Shown here piece by piece: positions 10,934 to 20,704 of a stretch of 64,000 nt of DNA (its first letter is position 1; each line of letters begins with the position of its first letter). The DNA is taken from positions 172,752 through 236,751 of the IMG/VR virus record IMGVR_UViG_3300021959_006017. One strand, 5' to 3'. Both the position numbers and the translations under genes were made by a program. The notes under the pieces were generated by a model. That model ran no database searches, was not told the origin of the DNA, and saw only the letters and a program-made list of their open reading frames with translations.

Positions 10934-10936
10934 ATA
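10929..10936 (+). promoter_or_regulatory. Late-type promoter GATAAATA
   Basis: Octamer overlapping the stop codon, followed by SD AAGGAG. Confidence 0.6.
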
Positions 10937-10960
10937 AGTACGTAGTTTAAGGAGTCTATA

Positions 10961-11344
10961 ATGGCGAAAAATAACCAAGTTAAAGCACAGCATAGAAGTA
11001 TGCGTGGTAAAATAGTAGATATGGATCTACTAAGAAAAAGAAATGAGCTTACACCAGCAGTAGGTAATGCTCGTGTAAATGCACGTGGTGACGAACTAGG
11101 ACCAGGCGGAAAGATTATCCGCAAAGCAGATGATCGTGTACGCGAACATTATAAAGTAGCGGGTAAAGTTCGTAGCAGTTCGGGTCGTGCAAAAGCAAAA
11201 GCAGACGAAGTTGTTTCAACACCAGAAGAAACTGTTGCTATCACTGAAGAAGTTTCTGTAGAAGAACAAGCAGAACTTGAAGCAATGGATGAAGAATGGG
11301 TTGAAGACAAAGAAGGAAATTTTGTACCTAAGAGCGAGGCATAA
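10961..11344 (+). CDS. Hypothetical protein (basic N-terminus, acidic C-terminus)
   Basis: SD AAGGAG; NARGDELGPGG motif. Confidence 0.65.
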   Translation: MAKNNQVKAQHRSMRGKIVDMDLLRKRNELTPAVGNARVNARGDELGPGGKIIRKADDRVREHYKVAGKVRSSSGRAKAKADEVVSTPEETVAITEEVSVEEQAELEAMDEEWVEDKEGNFVPKSEA

Positions 11345-11755
11345 ATGGCAGTACACTTACAAAAGTTCAAAGGAAATTTAAAAGCAATAGGGGACCGTGT
11401 GTTAGTTACCGATATGTATTTTGGTGAACAAAAAACAGCAAGCGGCCTTATCATTAACAACGATGACGGGACCACACGTGGCATTTACCCACGTTGGGGC
11501 AGAGTATATTCAAAAGGTTCAAGAAACGAAGACATCTATGAAATCGGTGATTGGATCTTAATCGAACACGGTCGTTGGACTCGTGCAATGGCATTAGAAA
11601 CAGATGATGGCGAACTTGAAGTAAGAATGGTAGACAGTGAATGTGTACTAGCATATAGTAAAGAAAAGCCGGATGATGTACAGATTGGTGCAGAGTACAA
11701 CGATGGTGCTCATGCAACTATTGATCCAACTAACTTTATGGGACAACAGCATTAA
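11345..11755 (+). CDS. groES: GroES/gp31-like co-chaperonin
   Basis: LKAIGDRVLV...KTASGLII GroES signature. Confidence 0.75.
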   Translation: MAVHLQKFKGNLKAIGDRVLVTDMYFGEQKTASGLIINNDDGTTRGIYPRWGRVYSKGSRNEDIYEIGDWILIEHGRWTRAMALETDDGELEVRMVDSECVLAYSKEKPDDVQIGAEYNDGAHATIDPTNFMGQQH

Positions 11756-12114
11756 TGACAAATCCATTTAAAGATATTGACACGTTTGGTTCTGCGTGTG
11801 ACCAAGAACCAAGTGAAGCAAACTATAAAATGTATCTTAGTTTGATCAAAGAAGAGTACGAAGAACTACAAGAAGCAGTCGAAGCAAATGACACTGTAGA
11901 ACAACTTGATGCACTTGTTGATATTCTTGTTGTTACTATGGGTGCGATCCGTGCCGCAGGTTGGGACGGAGAAGGTGCTTGGAAAGAAGTAATGGACACA
12001 AACTTTGCTAAGATTGATCCAGACACAGGCAAAGTTCGCAAACGTGAAGACGGCAAAGTGCTAAAGCCGGAAGGCTGGAAGGCTCCAGAACTTGCACAGT
12101 TTATAGGAGATTGA
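11755..12114 (+). CDS. MazG-like / all-alpha NTP pyrophosphohydrolase
   Basis: EEYEEL...DALVDILVV...N..K...REDGKVLKPEGW. Confidence 0.8.
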   Translation: MTNPFKDIDTFGSACDQEPSEANYKMYLSLIKEEYEELQEAVEANDTVEQLDALVDILVVTMGAIRAAGWDGEGAWKEVMDTNFAKIDPDTGKVRKREDGKVLKPEGWKAPELAQFIGD

Positions 12115-12115
12115 T

Positions 12116-12799
12116 ATGAATACAAGAACTATGACAGGTGCAGCATACGATGAATATTTACGGCAGTTTATGCTGGCCCTTTATAACTATACAGCACTAG
12201 GCTTAGGTATTACTGGTGTTGTTGCATACCTTACATATGCAAGTGGATTAATGTTTGCTATGGGTGGGTTAATGTGGGTATTTGTTTTTGCACCTTTGGG
12301 GATGATCCTTTACTGGAGTTTTGCAGGACAAAACTGGTCGTTTGAAAGCACACGGATGTTTTACTTGATCTTTACAGCAGTAATGGGTGTAAGTATGAGT
12401 ACGATATTTGCTGTATATACAGCTATGAGTATTGCACAAGTATTTTTTATTACTGCTGCAACATTTGCAAGTGCTAGTCTGTACGGATACACTACCAAGA
12501 AAGATCTTAGCGGTTGGGGTAGTTTCTTACTAGTAGGATTGATTGGTATTATTATTGCAAGTATTGTAAACATCTTTATGCAAAGTAGTGCAATGATGTT
12601 TACTATTAGTGTATTAGGCGTCTTAATATTTACCGGCCTCACTGCATACGATACACAAAGAGCAAAGACCACTTTTCTTAGTGGAATGCTAGGTACAGAA
12701 GAACTAGCAAAGTTTGCTATTTCAACAGCGTTAAGTTTATATCTAAACTTTGTCAATATGTTCCAAATGCTACTAAGTTTATTAGGCAATCGAGAATAA
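12116..12799 (+). CDS. Bax inhibitor-1/YccA family membrane protein
   Basis: About 7 TM helices; YGYTTKKDLS, LTAYDTQ, ALSLYLNFVNMF. Confidence 0.9.
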   Translation: MNTRTMTGAAYDEYLRQFMLALYNYTALGLGITGVVAYLTYASGLMFAMGGLMWVFVFAPLGMILYWSFAGQNWSFESTRMFYLIFTAVMGVSMSTIFAVYTAMSIAQVFFITAATFASASLYGYTTKKDLSGWGSFLLVGLIGIIIASIVNIFMQSSAMMFTISVLGVLIFTGLTAYDTQRAKTTFLSGMLGTEELAKFAISTALSLYLNFVNMFQMLLSLLGNRE

Positions 12800-12805
12800 A
12801 AACAC

Positions 12806-12853
12806 TTGACTCCTTAGCATTTATACGCTATAATATGTATAAAGCTAAGGAGT
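12806..12853 (+). promoter_or_regulatory. Sigma70 promoter inside an SD-sequestering inverted repeat
   Basis: TTGACT-N17-TATAAT; arms ACTCCTTAGC(A)TTTATAC / GTATAAAGCTAAGGAGT. Confidence 0.7.
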
Positions 12854-12857
12854 TTTC

Positions 12858-13016
12858 ATGAAAATAACAAATCAAACAGCAGGTATTGGTACTACGGGTG
12901 CTACAGGGTTAACACTCATGATACTACATACCACAGGATATCTCACAGGTTGGGCATGGCCTTTACTGTATGTATTCTTAATAATCGCAGGTATTGGACA
13001 AGAGAATAGGAAATAA
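12858..13016 (+). CDS. Small membrane protein (52 aa, not in ORF track)
   Basis: MKITNQTAGIGTTGATGLTLMILHTTGYLTGWAWPLLYVFLIIAGIGQENRK; SD AAGGAG. Confidence 0.65.
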   Translation: MKITNQTAGIGTTGATGLTLMILHTTGYLTGWAWPLLYVFLIIAGIGQENRK

Positions 13017-13017
13017 T

Positions 13018-13557
13018 ATGGCAACTCATGCAATGATCGACTTAGAAACACTAGACACAAAACCTAGTTGTACTATTCTAAGTTTAGGTGCAGTAAAGTT
13101 TGACCCTATGTCAGATTCAGAACCTCATAGTGAACTTTACTTTAAGATTAATATCGACGAACAGAGTCAACTAGGACGTACTGTTAGTGATGACACTATT
13201 AAATGGTGGAGTCAGCAAGATCCTAAAGCACAAGAAGAAGCATTTAGCGAACACGGCCGTGTTGGTGTAGAAACTGTAGCGAACGAACTAACCAAATGGA
13301 TTCATAATACTGATGTTATTTGGGGACATGGATATGGATTTGACATTACAATCTTAGAAGATTATTTCCGTATGTTAAAGCGTCCTATTCCGTGGCAGTT
13401 TTGGCAAGTGCGAGACAGTCGTACATTGTTTAGTGCAATGAAGAACGGAGATCCTCGCAAGGGTATGCAAACAGATCTTCACAATGCGCTTGCGGATGCA
13501 TACTATCAGGCTAAATCAGTACAAATGGCATATAAAGAATTAGGAATAACTCGATGA
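13018..13557 (+). CDS. DEDDh 3'-5' exonuclease
   Basis: MIDLETL, FDITILE, HNALADA motifs; start moved to ATG 13018. Confidence 0.85.
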   Translation: MATHAMIDLETLDTKPSCTILSLGAVKFDPMSDSEPHSELYFKINIDEQSQLGRTVSDDTIKWWSQQDPKAQEEAFSEHGRVGVETVANELTKWIHNTDVIWGHGYGFDITILEDYFRMLKRPIPWQFWQVRDSRTLFSAMKNGDPRKGMQTDLHNALADAYYQAKSVQMAYKELGITR

Positions 13558-14468
13558 AAGAACTATGGGTAGAAAAGTATCGTCCAAAGACAGTAGACGG
13601 TTATGTGTTTCGTGATGATGCACAACGCAATCAGGTAAAGACATGGATAAAAGACAAAACAATCCCGCACTTGCTGTTCTCAGGCAACGCAGGTATAGGA
13701 AAAACTACCCTGGCAAAGCTATTATTCAACGAGTTAGACGTGAACGATCTAGACGTCTTGGAAATCAACGCTAGTCGTACGAACAGTGTAGATGACGTTC
13801 GCGATAAGATTGTAAACTTTGTACAGATGATCCCATTTGGGGACTTCAAGGTGGTACTACTAGATGAGGCTGATTACTTATCTCCAAACGCACAAGCCGC
13901 ACTTCGTGGAGTTATGGAAGAATATCATACTACTGCTCGTTTTATTCTTACCTGTAATTATCCTAACAGGATTATTCCTGCTATTCACAGTCGTTGTCAA
14001 GGCTTCCATATTGCCAAAATCGATCAGACAGAGTTTACAGCAAGGGTTGCAGAGATTCTTATAACAGAAGGTGTTACTCCAGACTTAGATACATTAGACA
14101 CATATGTGAAAGCAACTTATCCAGACTTGCGCAAATGTATCAATATGGTGCAAATGAACAGTACAAACGGACAGTTACTTGCACCAAACGAAGGTGATAC
14201 AGGAGACAGTGACTGGAAACTAGAAATGGTTGAGCTGTTTAAAGCAGGTAAGATCCAAGATGCACGTAAACTACTGTGCGGTGCTATTCGTCCAGAAGAA
14301 ATGGAAGAAGTTTATCGTTGGTTGTATGACAACATTGAACTGTTCGGAACTGAGGAACAACAGGATCAAGCAGTACTAACTATTAAGCAGGGTATGGTTG
14401 ATCATACCCTAGTAGTTGATCCGGAGATTAATCTAGCGGCAACATTGATTAGATTAGCGAGACTTTAA
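13554..14468 (+). CDS. Clamp loader ATPase subunit (gp44/RFC-like)
   Basis: WVEKYRP, GNAGIGKTT, LLDEAD, SRC motif. Confidence 0.92.
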   Translation: MKELWVEKYRPKTVDGYVFRDDAQRNQVKTWIKDKTIPHLLFSGNAGIGKTTLAKLLFNELDVNDLDVLEINASRTNSVDDVRDKIVNFVQMIPFGDFKVVLLDEADYLSPNAQAALRGVMEEYHTTARFILTCNYPNRIIPAIHSRCQGFHIAKIDQTEFTARVAEILITEGVTPDLDTLDTYVKATYPDLRKCINMVQMNSTNGQLLAPNEGDTGDSDWKLEMVELFKAGKIQDARKLLCGAIRPEEMEEVYRWLYDNIELFGTEEQQDQAVLTIKQGMVDHTLVVDPEINLAATLIRLARL

Positions 14469-15361
14469 TGATCAATCCTTTATTATACCTTTATCTTCAT
14501 ATACCTCGAACAGGTGGCACAACATTTCAGTGGAGTGTTGGACATCCGGGCGACAAAGAAAATGATAGACATTTAGCACACTATCTTTATGTAGACAGTT
14601 GGTCAGAAACAGCATACGAAGACTGGCTTGTTCCTACACTTAGCAAAAGAACAAAAGAACAACAGCAAAAACTTAAAATAATGAGTGGTCACAGTGTGTT
14701 TTGTAATAGCCATAGATGGCTTAGAGAAAAACGTGAGCCCAGATATATTACAACTGTAAGACATCCTATTGAAAGACTGTTGAGCGACTTTAACTATAGA
14801 TATGTAAAACAACACTATTGTCAAGATCCAGCACTTTTTAGTAGATGCGCACCAAGAAGTGACGAACACGCTATTAGACAAAAGAAAAACGTAGAAGATT
14901 ATGACACACTTTATGAGTTTTATCAAGACAACAGTTTTCAACACAACATTCAATGTAAATGGATAATTAAAAGTTTTCTAACATACGAAAACGACATATG
15001 GAAGGCACACAAAGATTATATATACGGTCCTGACACAGGTATAGCAAACGACGAAGCAATACCTATGACATGGCCAGACTGGTGCAGATATGAAAGTGGC
15101 ATTGATTGGCACGAGTTTTTACAAAGTTTAATGGATCGTATGTGGTGGATTGGTACAACAGAAACACTAGCAAAAGATATTCCTGCGTTTTGTAAGCATT
15201 CAGGGCTTGAAAACACTTATGAGAAAACAAATGAAAGTAAGTTGCAGTACTGGACTATGGATGATATACGCAAGCAGCCAGACATTGATAAACTTTTAAA
15301 AGCAGAGCGTTATGACATGAAGTTATATGAGTATGCTAAAACAAGAATACGACCGTTTTAA
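14468..15361 (+). CDS. Sulfotransferase-family protein
   Basis: HIPRTGGTT (5'-PSB loop) and RHPIERLLS (3'-PB motif). Confidence 0.8.
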   Translation: MINPLLYLYLHIPRTGGTTFQWSVGHPGDKENDRHLAHYLYVDSWSETAYEDWLVPTLSKRTKEQQQKLKIMSGHSVFCNSHRWLREKREPRYITTVRHPIERLLSDFNYRYVKQHYCQDPALFSRCAPRSDEHAIRQKKNVEDYDTLYEFYQDNSFQHNIQCKWIIKSFLTYENDIWKAHKDYIYGPDTGIANDEAIPMTWPDWCRYESGIDWHEFLQSLMDRMWWIGTTETLAKDIPAFCKHSGLENTYEKTNESKLQYWTMDDIRKQPDIDKLLKAERYDMKLYEYAKTRIRPF

Positions 15362-15942
15362 TGCAAGTAATAGAAACTACACTTGAGCTGACAAAAATAA
15401 TGCACTTTAAGGGTGCATTATCTAGTTCTGATTGTGCTGATATTGTTCAACAGGTAAAAAATGCAAAACTTAAAGGTATGCATAATATACAAGGCGGCAG
15501 TCCTAATACTTGGCGAGCTATAAACGAAAATATTCTTTTAGTAGAATCTGCTAACGCTCTAGCTAATAGTATATACAACTGTGTAGATATATATTTTGAA
15601 AGTTTAGATACTAAAATAGATCTAAACAAATACAATATAAACAGTTGGTTTAATATAAACAGCAAAGATGGGTACAATCTTTTTCATACACATGCTGGTA
15701 GTTTGTTAAGTGGAGTTGTTTATTTCCAAGGCACAGGTACTGGTCCTATACAGTTAAACACACTAAACAATATCTATAAGCTGACACATCCTGATTGGCC
15801 TTTTTCAAGCGGACACTCTATTGATCCAGAAGAAGGAGATATAATACTATTCCCATCTTATCTAGGTCATAGCGTAAATCACAATACTAGCGATAAAAGC
15901 AGAGTAAATCTTGCGTTTAATATTATGGATAGACTACAATGA
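15361..15942 (+). CDS. 2OG-Fe(II) oxygenase-like protein
   Basis: HTH...SGVVY...FPSYLGHSV...RVNLAFN. Confidence 0.8.
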   Translation: MQVIETTLELTKIMHFKGALSSSDCADIVQQVKNAKLKGMHNIQGGSPNTWRAINENILLVESANALANSIYNCVDIYFESLDTKIDLNKYNINSWFNINSKDGYNLFHTHAGSLLSGVVYFQGTGTGPIQLNTLNNIYKLTHPDWPFSSGHSIDPEEGDIILFPSYLGHSVNHNTSDKSRVNLAFNIMDRLQ

Positions 15943-16598
15943 TAACAAACTATAAAAATATGGATATATTGTGGCCTACACTTGTGTTTACATACGAGTA
16001 TGAAAAATACTGGCAAGATAAAAACAGTTTAGTAGAAGAAATATATGCAGAATCTAACAAACAGAATAAAGACATTGATAGTGGTGTTGCCCCCACAATA
16101 AAAAATAACTTGAAAGAAAGCAAGTTTGATTTTTTAAATAGAGATAATCCTGCTACAAAAAAACTTCGACAGTTTTTTGAACAATCTTTAGCACATCTTA
16201 TTACACAGGCTTTGCCCGCAAGTGGTTATTATAACTTGACAGATGATAAGATAGGCTGTAGAATAAAAGAAAGTTGGTATCATATTGCAAACAATAATGC
16301 TAGACACGGTATACATACTCACCCTAACACTAGTTGGGCTGGTATATTTTATGCGCAAACAGGAGATTGCAATATTGAAACACTTAATGGTATAAACACA
16401 ATGTTTAACTTTAATGTAGAACATATTCAAGGAGACCCTGGAGCAGAATGGGCTGGACAACCTAGCCATAGTTTTGTTCCTAAGGAAGGACAACTTTTAT
16501 TGTTTCCTGGTTGGATACCACACGAAGCCACTCCATATATTGGAGACAAAGATAGAATAATAGTGAGTGCAAACTCAAATTTTTATTATGAGAGGTAA
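15939..16598 (+). CDS. 2OG-Fe(II) oxygenase-like protein
   Basis: HTHPN...GIFY...FPGWIPHE...RIIVSAN. Confidence 0.8.
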   Translation: MITNYKNMDILWPTLVFTYEYEKYWQDKNSLVEEIYAESNKQNKDIDSGVAPTIKNNLKESKFDFLNRDNPATKKLRQFFEQSLAHLITQALPASGYYNLTDDKIGCRIKESWYHIANNNARHGIHTHPNTSWAGIFYAQTGDCNIETLNGINTMFNFNVEHIQGDPGAEWAGQPSHSFVPKEGQLLLFPGWIPHEATPYIGDKDRIIVSANSNFYYER

Positions 16599-16600
16599 TA

Positions 16601-16948
16601 ATGACATATCTAGTTAATGACAACTGTATTAAATGTAAACACACAGATTGTGTCGAAGTTTGCCCAGTAGACTGTTTCTATGAAGGTGAAAACTTTTTAG
16701 CAATCAATCCTGACGAATGCATCGACTGCGGTGTATGTGAACCTGAATGCCCAGCAAACGCAATCATACCTGACAATGCTATTGAAGGGGCTGAACTTGA
16801 AAAATGGATGGATATCAATACTAAGTACAGTCAAATCTGGCCAAATATTACACAAAAGAAAGACCCATTACCAGATCACGAACAGTGGGACGGTGTACCT
16901 AACAAATATGAAGAACACTTTTCAGAGGAGCCCGGTACAGGTGATTAA
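16601..16948 (+). CDS. fdxA: 7Fe ferredoxin (FdxA type)
   Basis: [21 protein letters not shown]...[12 protein letters not shown]. Confidence 0.93.
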   Translation: MTYLVNDNCIKCKHTDCVEVCPVDCFYEGENFLAINPDECIDCGVCEPECPANAIIPDNAIEGAELEKWMDINTKYSQIWPNITQKKDPLPDHEQWDGVPNKYEEHFSEEPGTGD

Positions 16949-17423
16949 AGCAATCTTAGCATGTGATGACACTGGTGGTGTAAGTAAAAAAGGAACACTG
17001 CCTTGGCCTAATAATAGCACAGACTTAAAATGGTTTAAAGACAATACAGCCGGACATATTGTTATTATGGGATCTACTACATGGAATGATCCTCATATGC
17101 CTAGACCGTTACCTAACAGATTGAACTATCTTGTAACAAGTAAACCAGAAAATTATAAAGGTGCTGATCATTATATACAAGGTGATCTTAAAAAAATAAT
17201 AAAAGAAGTTGAATATTCTAACCTTGGTATAATCACATGGATTATTGGCGGACCTAATATTATTGAACAAACATTAGATATTATCGATGAGTTTTATTTA
17301 AGTCGTATTCCAGGAGAATATAACTGTGACACATTTTTAAACTTGGGCGAAATAACAAAAGGTAGAGATTTAATATTTGAAGAAGCTCATCCAGAAGTTA
17401 CATTTCAAATTTGGAGAAAATAA
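16941..17423 (+). CDS. folA: Dihydrofolate reductase
   Basis: GTG start; LPWP, DLKWFK, IMGSTT, PLPNR, IIGG. Confidence 0.9.
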   Translation: MIKAILACDDTGGVSKKGTLPWPNNSTDLKWFKDNTAGHIVIMGSTTWNDPHMPRPLPNRLNYLVTSKPENYKGADHYIQGDLKKIIKEVEYSNLGIITWIIGGPNIIEQTLDIIDEFYLSRIPGEYNCDTFLNLGEITKGRDLIFEEAHPEVTFQIWRK

Positions 17424-18289
17424 TGAAACAATATATAGATGCTCTAAAACATATACTTGAAAATGGTAAAGATCGTAATGACAGAACTGGTGTAGGAACA
17501 CGATGTGTATTTGGATATCAAATGCGTTTTGATTTGCGAAACGAGTTTCCTGCTGTTACAACCAAAAAACTTGCTTGGAAAAGTGTTGTAAGTGAGCTAC
17601 TATGGATGTTAGAAGGATCTAGTGATGAGCGTAGGCTAGCTGAAATACATTATGGTAAGCCTAGAGAAGAACTAGTAGGCAAAACAACTATTTGGACTGC
17701 AAATGCCGATGCTCAAGGTAAAGAACTAGGTTATATAAACGACGATACTACAAAAGATCTAGGACCAGTATATGGCCACCAGTGGCGAAACTGGGACGCA
17801 CAGCTAGGATTTGTTGATCAGATTGCTGAGGTTTTAGAAAATATGTATTACAATCCGGATAGCCGTAGACACATTGTAAGTGCATGGAATGCTGACCGGA
17901 TCAACGTAATGGCTTTACCTCCTTGTCATACTATGTTTCAATTTCACATACATGATGGAGAACTAAGTTGCCAACTATATCAGCGTAGTGCAGATATGTT
18001 CCTTGGCGTACCGTTTAATATTGCATCGTATAGTTTGCTTACACATATGTTTGCACAACTATTAGAACTTAAAGTAGGTGATTTTGTTTGGACAGGTGGC
18101 GATTGCCACATATATAACAACCATTTTGATCAAGTAAAAGAACAGATACAACGTGTTCCAGTAAAAGGTCCTATATTAGAAATGCCTACGTTTGCAGATT
18201 TAGATCAGCTTGTAAAAACAACACCTGAACAATATAAACTATTAAACTATAATCCTATGGACAGTATTAAGGCTCCGATGGCAGTATGA
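17423..18289 (+). CDS. thyA: Thymidylate synthase
   Basis: DRTGVGT, LPPCH, YQRSADMFLGVPFN. Confidence 0.95.
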   Translation: MKQYIDALKHILENGKDRNDRTGVGTRCVFGYQMRFDLRNEFPAVTTKKLAWKSVVSELLWMLEGSSDERRLAEIHYGKPREELVGKTTIWTANADAQGKELGYINDDTTKDLGPVYGHQWRNWDAQLGFVDQIAEVLENMYYNPDSRRHIVSAWNADRINVMALPPCHTMFQFHIHDGELSCQLYQRSADMFLGVPFNIASYSLLTHMFAQLLELKVGDFVWTGGDCHIYNNHFDQVKEQIQRVPVKGPILEMPTFADLDQLVKTTPEQYKLLNYNPMDSIKAPMAV

Positions 18290-18555
18290 AACATATAAGT
18301 GCTATATTAGGATCACCTAAAGAAACTATTACTGAAAAATTTGCTTGGTGGCCTGTACGCAGTACCTGGAGTAAAAAAGTTATTTGGTTGAAAAAGTATA
18401 TGCACATGGAACTTTACTACGATAGCGAAATGTCCCATCCTATACGTTCAAATACATTTACATTCGTTTACACAAAAAACGAATATCTATTATATCTATT
18501 AAGAAAGAAAGAAGGGAGTGTTTCAAGAGATCCACTCCCTAAAGTTAGTTATTAA
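18286..18555 (+). CDS. Hypothetical protein
   Basis: ATGA coupling; FAWWPV motif. Confidence 0.55.
   Translation: MKHISAILGSPKETITEKFAWWPVRSTWSKKVIWLKKYMHMELYYDSEMSHPIRSNTFTFVYTKNEYLLYLLRKKEGSVSRDPLPKVSY
18501..18540 (-). terminator. Rho-independent terminator downstream of phoH
   Basis: AGGGAGTG/CACTCCCT stem followed on the - strand by TCTTTCTT. Confidence 0.6.
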
Positions 18556-19274
18556 GCGTCTCCGTATACCTGGAGTACTTCTTTAACTGCTTCGTGTCTT
18601 TCTATATCTCCTTGTCCAAAGTTGACTATGTCTATATGATTTGCACTTGATTGTTCTAGTAGTTTTGTAAAGTTTATTAGCCCATTATCGTTAAGTCTAT
18701 CTGCTTGCGCAAGATCGCCTGTTACAGCCATCATAGACCCTTCACCTAGACGTGTAAGCAACATTTTCATTTGGTTTTGTGTTGCATTTTGCATCTCATC
18801 TGCTAGAATAAAAGCATTTTTAAAAGTCCGTCCACGCATATATGCTAATGGAGCGATTTCAATAATACCTTCTTCTATCATTCCTTCTATTTCCCGTGCA
18901 TTAAAATACTCACGTAAAACATCAAAAATCGGCCGTGTCCACGGTGCCATTTTTTGTTCTAATGTGCCGGGTAAGAAACCTAGATCTTCGTCAACGCTCA
19001 CTGCTGGGCGTGTAACAATAATCTTGTCTACTGCACCTTCCTTGAACATTTTTACTGCAACTTGTACAGCCAATAAAGTTTTACCAGTACCAGCTGGACC
19101 AATACCGAAAACGATATCTTTGGTATCATCTAGTAACTTTAATACGTAACTTTCTTGGTTTCTATTTCTTGGAAGTATTTGAACTTGTTTCTTTTTTTGG
19201 AATGTATTGAACTTAATAACGTTATCTACGTTTGCGTTTGAATGCTGCCGAGCAGCCTTTCTTTTTGCACCCAT
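18552..19274 (-). CDS. phoH: PhoH-family ATPase
   Basis: GPAGTGKT, LGFLPG, YMRGRTF, DEMQN, GDLAQAD. Confidence 0.95.
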   Translation of the reverse strand: MGAKRKAARQHSNANVDNVIKFNTFQKKKQVQILPRNRNQESYVLKLLDDTKDIVFGIGPAGTGKTLLAVQVAVKMFKEGAVDKIIVTRPAVSVDEDLGFLPGTLEQKMAPWTRPIFDVLREYFNAREIEGMIEEGIIEIAPLAYMRGRTFKNAFILADEMQNATQNQMKMLLTRLGEGSMMAVTGDLAQADRLNDNGLINFTKLLEQSSANHIDIVNFGQGDIERHEAVKEVLQVYGDA

Positions 19275-19302
19275 TAAGTGTCCTCCTTTGGGTTAGATTG
19301 GA

Positions 19303-19351
19303 GTAGGGTAGTATGTTCCGTAGAACACTTTGCCCTACAAAAGTATTTATC
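19303..19351 (-). promoter_or_regulatory. Late promoter plus structured 5' leader of phoH
   Basis: - strand GATAAATA (19351-19344), then hairpin GTAGGG..GTTC-TACG-GAAC..CCCTAC. Confidence 0.6.
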
Positions 19352-19387
19352 ACCAGTTCTCGAATAATAACTTATAAGTTAAATCCT

Positions 19388-19395
19388 GATAAATA
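19388..19395 (+). promoter_or_regulatory. Late-type promoter GATAAATA (divergent from the phoH promoter)
   Basis: Intergenic octamer. Confidence 0.65.
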
Positions 19396-19416
19396 AGTAT
19401 ACAAGGAATAATAAAC

Positions 19417-19950
19417 ATGCGTGACGTAGAAGACATTCTAAAAAATATCGAATCTATTTACGATTCAAACACTTCATTCAATGTTCTGAAAGACTTTGAA
19501 AGAGTTCTAGATTCACTAGATTTATATGTGTACGATAACTGGAGTGATGGCGAACTTTGTGAAGGTCCTAAAATGGAACGTCATTGGGTAACTTGTTGCT
19601 TTATATGGGATAGAGACAATATGCCTGATCCGATGGGAGGCAAGCGTCTACTAGATTATGACTGTAAAGTAAAGTTTGAAAAAACGCACGTTATTGAACC
19701 AAGAAAAATTAAATCACAAGACGATTTCCGTCCTAATACTAAAAAAGGTAAACTAGATCGTAAGCCGGTTTGGGTAGTAGAAATACAAATGCCAAAAAGA
19801 TTAATAGCAGATATTTACAGCGGTTATTACGAAGACGTTTATATCGAGCCAACACAAACACCAGAAACAAATGCAGAACCGCAAGCAGCAGATGAAACAG
19901 CAGCAGCAGCACCTGCACCAGAAGCAGGAGCGGAGGCACCAGCAGTATGA
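19417..19950 (+). CDS. Hypothetical protein
   Basis: SD AAGGA; MPDPMGG motif; Ala/Pro-rich tail. Confidence 0.65.
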   Translation: MRDVEDILKNIESIYDSNTSFNVLKDFERVLDSLDLYVYDNWSDGELCEGPKMERHWVTCCFIWDRDNMPDPMGGKRLLDYDCKVKFEKTHVIEPRKIKSQDDFRPNTKKGKLDRKPVWVVEIQMPKRLIADIYSGYYEDVYIEPTQTPETNAEPQAADETAAAAPAPEAGAEAPAV

Positions 19951-20663
19951 CACTAGAAGCAAACTCACTTAGAAATCTTGTTGACCATATCGTTGAAATA
20001 GATAGTTTCAAAAGCAAAATGGGATCTGATGACAGCATTGTTACTCTTGCATTTAAAGTAAAAACTGAAGAAAGTGCAAAAGATCTAGCAGGATTTATCG
20101 AGCGTGGTTATCCTTTTGTACTAGATGCTGATAAAACAGCAGGTGAACAAGCAGATGGGTTGTATCGCGTGTTTATTGAACTAGAAAGAAATCGTCATGC
20201 TGTTGAACAAATAATGGAACTTGTAGACGGTGTAGGTAAACTTGCACAACTAGAAGATATGAAGTATAGATACTACAAAAACTTCCGCAGTGAGCCTATT
20301 ACACAAGAAGCATTAGAAAATAGTATTCCTAAAAATAGTGATGAATATAATAATCGTGTTACTGAAACACGTATGTCAAACTACAAAAACTTCTTTAGTG
20401 ATAGTTTTGTAGAAGATGTAGATATGACAGGCGATACTCTTACTATTAAGAAAAAGTATGCTGAGCCTGTACACTTTAAGTTTGTAGATTTCGGCGATAC
20501 ACAAGAAACACTAGATGCTATTAAAGAATCCTTTAACCCTTGGGACTTTGCAGAAATAGTATACCTGTCAAAATATATAGGTGACTATAATATCACAAAG
20601 TATGGTGACAAACTTACATTCGAAAATGCCGGAAAGACCCTAGTAGTTGAAAGGATCCAATAA
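19947..20663 (+). CDS. Hypothetical protein
   Basis: ATGA coupling; 238 aa. Confidence 0.65.
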   Translation: MTLEANSLRNLVDHIVEIDSFKSKMGSDDSIVTLAFKVKTEESAKDLAGFIERGYPFVLDADKTAGEQADGLYRVFIELERNRHAVEQIMELVDGVGKLAQLEDMKYRYYKNFRSEPITQEALENSIPKNSDEYNNRVTETRMSNYKNFFSDSFVEDVDMTGDTLTIKKKYAEPVHFKFVDFGDTQETLDAIKESFNPWDFAEIVYLSKYIGDYNITKYGDKLTFENAGKTLVVERIQ

Positions 20664-20704
20664 ATAGCTATAGTCGGGCATGCCCGCAAAGCAGGATTGG
20701 AAAT

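Noticed and set aside
16731-16940. Apparent N-terminal extension of DHFR
   Set aside because: Overlaps the ferredoxin; GTG 16941 with SD GAGGAG is the better start
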